A stretch of 64,000 nt of DNA from Candidatus Hecatella orcuttiae (GTDB taxonomy: Archaea; Thermoproteota; Bathyarchaeia; Hecatellales; Hecatellaceae): positions 320,001-384,000 of the forward strand of contig MTLY02000001.1 of the NCBI GenBank assembly GCA_002011035.2. The letters are read 5' to 3'. Positions 56,756 to 64,000 of the stretch are shown one piece after another (the first letter of the stretch is position 1; each line of letters starts with the position of its first letter). Position numbers and translations under genes: made by a program. The notes under the pieces were generated by a model that worked only from the letters and a program-made list of their open reading frames with translations, did no database searches and was not told the origin of the DNA.

Positions 56756-59065
56756 ATGACTGAACTGTCGGTTGTTGGGAAAAGGATTCCGAGAGTTGAT
56801 GCCAAATCTAAAGTTTCAGGAAGAGCCGTATATTTCGGAGACACCGTCCTACCTAGGATGGTCTACGGGAAAATACTTCGAAGCCCCTATCCCCATGCAC
56901 GGATAACAAAAATAGACACCAGCGAAGCGGAAAAGCTACCTGGAGTCAGAGCCACCCTCACCTACAAGGACGTCCCCCGGGTTATAACCTACATAGGGCA
57001 CCTGCATCCTCCAGACACCCCGCTCGACCGATACATTCTGGATAATGTTGTGCGCTACGTAGGCGACGAAGTGGCGGCGGTGGCGGCGGACAGCCCGGAA
57101 ACAGCGGCGGAAGCTGTTGAGAGAATCCATGTGGAATATGAACGTCTACCAACCGTCTTCGACCCCGAGGAGGCGATGGAACCTGGGGCTCCGAAGCTCC
57201 ATGATGAAGGAGAATTCATCTTCGATATGGATCGAAACATTGCGTCCCACATAAAACTGGCTTTCGGCGACGTGGAAAAGGGCTTTAAGGAGTCAGCGGT
57301 GGTCGTCGGCCCTGAAAAATTCAAGGTTTCAGCAGCCCACACGAACCCCATAGAACTGTACGGCTGCATAGCCCAATGGGACCCCCTAGAGAACAGGGTG
57401 ACATTCTGGGCTCCCAGCCAGATGATCTTCAGATTCCGCACCGTCCTAGCCCACCAGTTGGGCTTGCCGGAAAACAAGGTGCGGGTTATATCACCCTACG
57501 TGGGCGGAGCCTTTGGAAGCCGATGCCACGTTTACCCGTTTCACGCCATCGCCGCTTTTCTCTCCAAGAAAACAGGCGGCAGACCTGTGAAGATCACGCT
57601 TTCAAGGGAGGAAACCTACGTAGGCGGCACCAGCAACAGGCATCCAGGGACCCTTACGTTGAAAATGGGCGCAGCGAAGGACGGGCTGTTTAAAGCCTTC
57701 GATGCGAGGATAGTCTTCAGCGCCGGGGGATACGCCTATGTGAGCAGCGGCCCCATAGGCTTCTGCTGCTCCATCATCACCTCCCTCTACAGGTTCGGCG
57801 CCTACAACGTCGAAGGCTACAACGTGTACACCAACACTCCGCCGAGCGGAGCCTTCAGAGGATTCGGAGGCCCTCAAGCGCATTTCGCCCTTGAGCAGAT
57901 CGTCGACATGGTGGCTGAGGAGCTGAAACTTGACCCCATAGAGTTGAGGAAGAAAAACCATGTCCGCGTCGGAGATGTTATCCACTGGAGCGGAGTGGAG
58001 GTCAGAACCTGCGGCTTGGACGAATGCCTCGACAAAGGGGCGGAGGCCGTAGGCTGGAAGCGGAGATACGACTCAGCCTACCGGGGAACAGGCGTCAAGA
58101 GGCGAGGCATCGGTGTTGCTATGATGGAGCATGTCAGCGGAACAAAGTATATTCCCGGGGAAGCGGAGATAACCAGCGCGATAATCAAGCTGGATGAAAG
58201 CGGAAAGATTACTCTGCTCTCCCCCGCCCACGAGCTTGGACAAGGCTCGAGAACGGTTGCCACACAGATAGTGGCTGAGGAGTTGGAGGTAGACCCTGAA
58301 GACGTCGTCATACCGGAGCTGGACACGGACTATCTACCTTATGGGCTGGGTAGTTTCGGAAGCCGATACACCTACGTCGACGGCACCTTGATCAGGGCCG
58401 CGGCGGCTGATACCAAGAGGCAGGTCTTGGAATGGGCTGCTAAGAAATTCGACACAACGGTGGCGAACCTAGAATACAAAAAGGGGAAAGTCACCGTGAA
58501 AGGAGCTCCTGAAAACACGGCTACACTGGCTGAGATTGTCAAATTTGCTCAATGGTACAATCCCGACGACGTGGGAGCCATCATAGGGAAGGCCACAGGT
58601 CCCCCGCTCTACAACGCCCCGCCCTTCGGAGTTCAGTTCGCAGAGGTGGAAGTGGACGTGGAAACAGGGGTGGTGAAAGTTCTGAAGCTGGTGGCGGCTC
58701 ACGACGTAGGGAAAGCTATCAACCCCACAACAGCGGAGGGACAATTGGAGGGAGGCTTGACCCAAGGGCTAGGCTACGCGTTGACAGAAGGCGTGATAGT
58801 GGACCCTGAGACCGGAAAAGTCCTCAACAGCGACCTTATGGACTACAAAATCTTCACAGCCTTGGACATGCCGGAAACCAGGGTTTTCCTCATCGAACCC
58901 ATCGACCCCACCGGGCCTTTCGGCGTTAAAGGCATAGGGGAGCCTGCGCTGGTTCCCACCGCTCCAGCCATAGCCAACGCCATATATAATGCAATAGGTG
59001 TAAGAGTTAAAGAGCTCCCCCTTCTCCCAGAGAAAATTTTGAAAGCTCTTGAAGAAAAACAGTAA
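56756..59065 (+). CDS. Xanthine dehydrogenase family molybdopterin subunit (CoxL-like, not CODH)
   Basis: GGAFG, GAFRGFGGPQ, ELGQG, GQLEGG, KGIGE. Confidence 0.9.
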   Translation: MTELSVVGKRIPRVDAKSKVSGRAVYFGDTVLPRMVYGKILRSPYPHARITKIDTSEAEKLPGVRATLTYKDVPRVITYIGHLHPPDTPLDRYILDNVVRYVGDEVAAVAADSPETAAEAVERIHVEYERLPTVFDPEEAMEPGAPKLHDEGEFIFDMDRNIASHIKLAFGDVEKGFKESAVVVGPEKFKVSAAHTNPIELYGCIAQWDPLENRVTFWAPSQMIFRFRTVLAHQLGLPENKVRVISPYVGGAFGSRCHVYPFHAIAAFLSKKTGGRPVKITLSREETYVGGTSNRHPGTLTLKMGAAKDGLFKAFDARIVFSAGGYAYVSSGPIGFCCSIITSLYRFGAYNVEGYNVYTNTPPSGAFRGFGGPQAHFALEQIVDMVAEELKLDPIELRKKNHVRVGDVIHWSGVEVRTCGLDECLDKGAEAVGWKRRYDSAYRGTGVKRRGIGVAMMEHVSGTKYIPGEAEITSAIIKLDESGKITLLSPAHELGQGSRTVATQIVAEELEVDPEDVVIPELDTDYLPYGLGSFGSRYTYVDGTLIRAAAADTKRQVLEWAAKKFDTTVANLEYKKGKVTVKGAPENTATLAEIVKFAQWYNPDDVGAIIGKATGPPLYNAPPFGVQFAEVEVDVETGVVKVLKLVAAHDVGKAINPTTAEGQLEGGLTQGLGYALTEGVIVDPETGKVLNSDLMDYKIFTALDMPETRVFLIEPIDPTGPFGVKGIGEPALVPTAPAIANAIYNAIGVRVKELPLLPEKILKALEEKQ

Positions 59066-59134
59066 AGGCGGCCGACCTCACCCAGCCCTAAGCTGGAGTT
59101 TCAGGGGAAAGGTGAAGCCGCGCTTTTCTCTTTT

Positions 59135-61165
59135 TTAGCTGTGTATTTCTAAGTCCACCGGCTTCAGTTCTTCTGTGTCCGTGAGGCCGAACTCGGTTAT
59201 CTTGTAGGTTGGGATGAGGGGGTAGGCCATGAACGCTAGGGTGAGGAAGGGCGCCCTTATGGTGCAGCCTAAGGTCCTAGTGGCTTCCACCGTCTTCTCC
59301 ATCTCCACGGCTACCTCTTCAATGGGTTTTTCCGAAAGGATGCCCAATATCGGCAGTTGCATTTCGCTGAGGATTTTGCCTCCGTCCACGACCACAAATC
59401 CTCCGTTCATTTCCTTTATCCTGTTAACGGCTCTTGCCATGTCTGCGTCGTTGGTTCCCACCACGATGATGTTCTCAGGGACTGGAGCGTAGGATTCGCC
59501 TATGGCACCCCTCTTAAGGTTGAAGCCTTTGATGAAGGCTTTCCCCATCAACCCAGACCCTTTATGCCTCTCGACCAAAGCCACCTTCAGAACATCGTTG
59601 TCGACATCGGGCATGATGAGCCCATTGCTGACCTTCAGTTTAGCGGTTTTCCTCTCGGAAATAAGCGAGCCGTCCACAACACCTATTACTCTCACTTCAA
59701 CTTCACCTGAGGATTTTGTCTTTATTTCAAAATCCTCCGGGCGGAAGTCTCGGGGGAGGTTGAAGGTTTTCCTCATGAAATCCGGGTAAACCGGAGTTTT
59801 AATCTCGCCTGTGAAGCGCCCTTTCTCAGCCACGACCTTCCCGTTGGCTATGACCAACTCCGCCCTGAAATCGGAGAGGTCGTTGACGATGACTATGTCG
59901 GCGATCTTACCTTGGGCAATGCTCCCTATCTCCTTGTCTACCTTAAAGTACTCCGCAGCGTTTATTGTAGCCATTTGGACAGCGACAACGGGGTCTAGCC
60001 CCAGCTTCACCGATTTCCTGATCTTATAGTCCAAGTGCCCGTACTTCGTGAGGTCCACAGGGTCCTCTTCGTCGGTGCAGAACATGAAATGCCGCGGATC
60101 CACCTTATGCTCTGTCACGGCCTTGATCACATTAGCCAAGTCCGTGGCCGCAGACCCTTCCCTCACCATGATCTTTAAGCCAAGCCTCACTTTCTCCAAC
60201 GCCTCCTCCGCAGCCACGGATTCATGGTCTGAAGAGGGGCCGAAGGCCATGTAGGAGGCTAGGTTTCTCCCCGAAAGCTCGCAGGCGTGACCTACCACTA
60301 TCTTATTCTCCCGCAGAGTTTTTCGTATCAAATCCCTGACAGCTGGGTCAGAGAGGGTGGGCGCTTGAACCTCGCACAAGGCGACGGTGGGCCCCCATCC
60401 GATCATGATGGACAACTCATCCGGGGTAACTTTGTCCGTGTTTCCCAAGGGGTTGTTCTGCAGATACGCCAACAGCGGCACATTGAAGAGGATTTTGAGA
60501 GGAGTACCCTGAGACTCGGCTAAGGCAAACTTGATAGCTTCCACCCCAGCCACAGCGCCGTATTCGTAAAAGTCGCTGGCAGTGGCGGTTGTGCCTCTGG
60601 GCAGCAAGGCCTTGGCAAGGTTTGACATGGTCAAATGCGTTCCAGCCACATGGTAATGAGTGTCAATCAGCCCCGGCACCAGATATTTACCTTTGGCGTC
60701 GATGATCCTTGTTTTCTCGCCTACGAGGTCATCCAGTTTTTCGTCGATCATGGCTATTCTTTCCCCGTAAACAGCTACGCTGGTTTCGTAGATTTCAGCC
60801 GTGTGAACGTTCACCAGTTTTCCGTTCTTAACTACGATGTCCGCCTTCAAACCCTTGTCCAGCAACAGATCCGACAGCTTAGACCTTGCATCGTAGACCT
60901 CTTCCCCGGTCTCCGGCCAGACTTCAAACCACACGGGATTTCGGCCGTCGGGGCACACCAGCAGATACTTGCCCTTCTTGTCGAAGGTAAAGGGAGCCTT
61001 CCACCCCAACCCGAAGATAATGTTCCAGAAAGCCACCAGAGCGCTGGGGCATAAGCCTCCGTGGATTTTTTCATCCTCATCGATCAGGAACTCGTGGCCT
61101 ACTTCATGCCCTGCATGACAGTAGCCTTGTTTCTTAACAACCTTCAGTCTGACTTTCCGAAGCAA
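59135..61165 (-). CDS. ade: Adenine deaminase with extra N-terminal Cys-containing (TIGR04076-like) domain
   Basis: PGLIDTHYH, SDHE, REGSAA, FCTD, ERH, LPILGILS; N-terminal CHAGH..CP..CPDG..PVWFEV. Confidence 0.85.
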   Translation of the reverse strand: MLRKVRLKVVKKQGYCHAGHEVGHEFLIDEDEKIHGGLCPSALVAFWNIIFGLGWKAPFTFDKKGKYLLVCPDGRNPVWFEVWPETGEEVYDARSKLSDLLLDKGLKADIVVKNGKLVNVHTAEIYETSVAVYGERIAMIDEKLDDLVGEKTRIIDAKGKYLVPGLIDTHYHVAGTHLTMSNLAKALLPRGTTATASDFYEYGAVAGVEAIKFALAESQGTPLKILFNVPLLAYLQNNPLGNTDKVTPDELSIMIGWGPTVALCEVQAPTLSDPAVRDLIRKTLRENKIVVGHACELSGRNLASYMAFGPSSDHESVAAEEALEKVRLGLKIMVREGSAATDLANVIKAVTEHKVDPRHFMFCTDEEDPVDLTKYGHLDYKIRKSVKLGLDPVVAVQMATINAAEYFKVDKEIGSIAQGKIADIVIVNDLSDFRAELVIANGKVVAEKGRFTGEIKTPVYPDFMRKTFNLPRDFRPEDFEIKTKSSGEVEVRVIGVVDGSLISERKTAKLKVSNGLIMPDVDNDVLKVALVERHKGSGLMGKAFIKGFNLKRGAIGESYAPVPENIIVVGTNDADMARAVNRIKEMNGGFVVVDGGKILSEMQLPILGILSEKPIEEVAVEMEKTVEATRTLGCTIRAPFLTLAFMAYPLIPTYKITEFGLTDTEELKPVDLEIHS

Positions 61166-61339
61166 TTTAAACCCTCCTTAATTAAGCTGATTTTTGACTT
61201 TTTAAAATTTATGCATTTAATTTCTCAACTGCCAGTTGGTTCGCTCCACAGCCCCTCCTTTCCGCTAAAAAGAAAAATAGCCTAAAACAATTCTGTCACA
61301 AGGCAAGACTTCCCAGCTTCCCTTGGGCGGGCAGATGTT

Positions 61340-61615
61340 ATGGAATGCATCTTCAAGCATGATGACAGTTGCATGATCTGCGAGGCTCATAGGCTACACG
61401 GCAGACCCATCGCCTATGTAAGGGATGAAACTCATAAAGCCGAGTTCTGCCGTAAGGGACGGTTCCGCGAATGCCCAGTGTACATTGAGGCTAGGGAGAA
61501 CCCGCTTGCCTGCAGTTTCACCCCATGCCATCACCATATCTACTACCCACACTACCTTTGCGTCTCGAAATATCTGAAATTAGTGAAAACCGAGCTACGC
61601 CACAATAGAGTTTAG
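61340..61615 (+). CDS. Cys/His-rich hypothetical protein
   Basis: 91 aa; C..C, FC....F.ECP.Y pattern. Confidence 0.5.
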   Translation: MECIFKHDDSCMICEAHRLHGRPIAYVRDETHKAEFCRKGRFRECPVYIEARENPLACSFTPCHHHIYYPHYLCVSKYLKLVKTELRHNRV

Positions 61616-61641
61616 GAGGCCTAAGTCCTTTACCCGTGCTC

Positions 61642-63105
61642 CTAGCTATGTTTTCGCTCTGCGGCTTTCACTATTTCCCTTATTTTGGCTTGAGCTTCTT
61701 TGTCCAAAGGTTCAGGTTGATGGACGGACAGAATTTCTTTGACTTTTTCCTTCGCCACTTGGAAGAGGTCTTTGCCTCCGCCCTGTTCCCATTCTTCTCT
61801 GGTGGTTCTGTCGCTGAGCTGGGGCATCCATTGTTCCTGTCGGAAGTATTTTTTGGTGTGCTTGTGCTTTATGAAGTTCCCTCCGATGCCGATTTCTTTG
61901 ATGATGTCTACGGCGAGCGTATCCTCGTTTACCTCGATGCCTTGCAGTATTCTTCCCGCCAGTTCACATATTTCATGGTTTAACAGTATCTGCGGATAGC
62001 TTGAAGCCAAGAGGCTGTCCACCCACCCGGATAACGCTCCATGGACGACATCAGCTCCGGACAGGGTTGAAAAGAGGATGCTGGCAGCTTTCTCAAAGCC
62101 GGCTTGAATGTCGGAGATTTTAGATTCAGTGGCTCCCGCGGTTCCTATGTAGGGTACATCGTAGTAGCGGGCTAGTTGCGCCGACGCAGCCACCATCAGA
62201 GGCATCTCAGGCCCTCCGGAGGCAAAGCAAGCGTATCTCTGGTCGAGAACAGCGGCGAAGGAGCCTATCAGCGTACGTGTCCCCGCCCGAGTTGCCTGAG
62301 CCAACGTCAACCCGGCTAGAAGCTCAGCGTTCTGCACGACAAGCGTACCCGCCAAGGTAGCCGGCGCTGTCCCTCCGGCTTGGGGCAGCGTCCAAACGGT
62401 TACCGGGAGGCCTTCTTTGCTGAATTCCACGATGCCGCCTGCTACGCCATCCCCTATTATCAGGGGAGAGGTGAGGGATTCCTGACAGCTTAAGATAGGC
62501 TTTTTCCGAAGCTCGGCTTCACCGCCGACGACAGCCTCGCACATCTTGATGATGTCCCTCGCCCCTTCCGCATCGTAGGTGTCGGCTATGAGGTGTTTTC
62601 CCGTATTATTCAGCAGCGTCTCCACGATGTATCGGTCTGCAATTATCCCCGGTATATCTTGGGGAATAGCCTCGGTCATGACCATGTGAGGGTATTTTAG
62701 GGCGTCGAGAATCCTGATGATGTTGGCCAGGTCTTCCCGGCTGGTGGGCCTGCGTCTCCCCGTGTCCATGTCTAAAATGTTGGGGGCTCCGTAACCGTTC
62801 ACCAAGTAAACCTGACGGGTTCCAAGCGTTACCTCGTTCTTCGGACTTCTTCCATAGAGGGTAAACCGGTGAGGCGCCTTCTTTACCATCTCCTTAACAA
62901 TGTGGGAGGAAATCCTCACCACTTGCTTTTGAAAGTCAACTTCAGCGCCCACGCCGCTCATGATCTTAAGAGCTTCTTCATTTTCTATTCTCATGCCAAC
63001 TGTTTCAAGAACCTCCAAAGTGGCTTGGTGAATGTCGTAGACCTCTTCGCTGCTCAGAGGCTCGACCACCCGTCCATACAGAGGTCTTATTCCCTGCATC
63101 TTCAC
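61642..63105 (-). CDS. MttB-family methyltransferase without pyrrolysine (MtgB-like, quaternary amine substrate likely)
   Basis: GGTAPATLAGTL..NAE, GGPE, YIGTAG-A-TESK (Ala at Pyl site), QAGFEK. Confidence 0.88.
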   Translation of the reverse strand: MKMQGIRPLYGRVVEPLSSEEVYDIHQATLEVLETVGMRIENEEALKIMSGVGAEVDFQKQVVRISSHIVKEMVKKAPHRFTLYGRSPKNEVTLGTRQVYLVNGYGAPNILDMDTGRRRPTSREDLANIIRILDALKYPHMVMTEAIPQDIPGIIADRYIVETLLNNTGKHLIADTYDAEGARDIIKMCEAVVGGEAELRKKPILSCQESLTSPLIIGDGVAGGIVEFSKEGLPVTVWTLPQAGGTAPATLAGTLVVQNAELLAGLTLAQATRAGTRTLIGSFAAVLDQRYACFASGGPEMPLMVAASAQLARYYDVPYIGTAGATESKISDIQAGFEKAASILFSTLSGADVVHGALSGWVDSLLASSYPQILLNHEICELAGRILQGIEVNEDTLAVDIIKEIGIGGNFIKHKHTKKYFRQEQWMPQLSDRTTREEWEQGGGKDLFQVAKEKVKEILSVHQPEPLDKEAQAKIREIVKAAERKHS

Positions 63106-63111
63106 TCCTCC

Positions 63112-63762
63112 TTACTCAGCGCCTAAAAGACGTTTAGCAACCTCCACTGCATGCACAGCGTCTCTTCCATAGCCGTCTGCGCCTGCTTCTTCTGTCCATT
63201 CCGGTGTGATGGGGGCTCCGCCTAGAATAACCTTGACCTTGTCGCGGAGTCCAGCTTTTTTCAGCTCTTCGACGACTTCCCGTTGCTTCGGCTTGGTGGT
63301 GGTCATGAGGGCGGAGAGCCCTAAAATGTCAGGTTTAATCTCGCCCACTTTCTGAACGATGACGCTGCTGGGGATGTCTATTCCTAAATCAACAACTTCA
63401 AACCCCGAGGCTGCAAGCATGGTCGCCACAATGCTTTTGCCAATGTCGTGAATGTCGCCTTCCACCGTGGCTATGAGCAGTTTTCCTTTTTTGGCAACAG
63501 CTTCCCCGGCGAGAAGATGAGGTGTAACCACTTCGGTGCCAGCCTTCATGGCCTCACCGGCCATCGCCAAATCCGTGAGAAACATTTCCCTCCTTCCAAA
63601 AGCATCCCCCACATATCTGACGCCTTTAGCCAAGCCTTCTTCCAGTATTTTTAAGGGGTCTATTTTCTGTTCAAGGGCCTTCTTCACTAGGTCGACGGTT
63701 TTTTCCGCGTCGCCTTCCACAACAGTTTGGCTGATTTCTTCCAGAATTTCTTTCTCACCCAA
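63112..63762 (-). CDS. Cognate corrinoid protein
   Basis: GDIHDIGK, LSALMTTT, GGAP; 6 nt from MttB homolog; TTG 63762 preferred. Confidence 0.88.
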   Translation of the reverse strand: MGEKEILEEISQTVVEGDAEKTVDLVKKALEQKIDPLKILEEGLAKGVRYVGDAFGRREMFLTDLAMAGEAMKAGTEVVTPHLLAGEAVAKKGKLLIATVEGDIHDIGKSIVATMLAASGFEVVDLGIDIPSSVIVQKVGEIKPDILGLSALMTTTKPKQREVVEELKKAGLRDKVKVILGGAPITPEWTEEAGADGYGRDAVHAVEVAKRLLGAE

Positions 63763-64000
63763 TGATAGCCACCTCATGTTTTTCAAATGTTGCGGGTTTT
63801 TTATATATGTGGACTGTTAGGAATATTTAACATAATCGGTAACAGCGCCTCGCTTCGCCCATTGTGCGCCTTCAAGCCGAAGATTTTCTTCAAATAATTG
63901 AAAAACGGATGATTTCTCGGTCGAGCATTGTTATTATGAAGAGGACATTACAATATGTGGTGGCCTTAAGACTTTTTAGGCTGGGGATGATAGCGTTTAC

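Noticed and set aside
56756-59065. Aerobic CO dehydrogenase
   Set aside because: Active-site loop is AFRGFG, not AYxCSFR
1-64000. Genome-wide TAG-to-Pyl reassignment
   Set aside because: Conserved housekeeping genes end at TAG at their expected C-termini
1-64000. CRISPR arrays, IS elements, integrases, rRNA
   Set aside because: No regularly spaced repeats, transposase/integrase motifs or rRNA-like sequence seen

Overview
Archaeal chromosomal window; gene content and style suggest a TACK/Bathyarchaeia-like host (inference). Housekeeping genes (pheST, trpS, coaD, map, ABCE1, srp19, rps8e, aIF2-gamma, kae1, thiC, a double-intron tRNA-CAU) surround a ~17 kb pyrrolysine/methylamine island. The island holds amt, mtbC-mtbB, glnK, an NCS1 permease, mttC-mttB, pylT-pylS(no N-domain)-pylB-pylC-pylD and mtmC-mtmB, with in-frame TAG (Pyl) codons in mtmB, mtbB and mttB. 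TAG is also the ordinary stop of about 16 other reading frames here, so UAG has two meanings. Main discovery: each of the three Pyl-methyltransferase operons carries a same-strand box H/ACA-type hairpin (K-turn/K-loop, ~8-bp upper stem, ACA 14-15 nt from the pocket). The pseudouridylation pocket of each is complementary to the sequence flanking the amber codon of its own mtxB gene (10/10 nt for mtbB; weaker for mttB and mtmB) and places the U of UAG at the modification position. This suggests RNA-guided pseudouridylation, or RNP marking, of Pyl codons as a site-specific recoding signal. Also seen: a conventional H/ACA guide (probable 23S helix 69 target), a textbook type I hammerhead ribozyme in the 5' leader of a small Zn-ribbon gene, pylB joined in frame to pylC through a TAG, Pyl-free MtmB/MttB paralogs without guides, an orphan nifB next to sulfite reductase/rhodanese genes, and a purine uptake/catabolism gene set. 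All structures were folded by eye; no searches were run.
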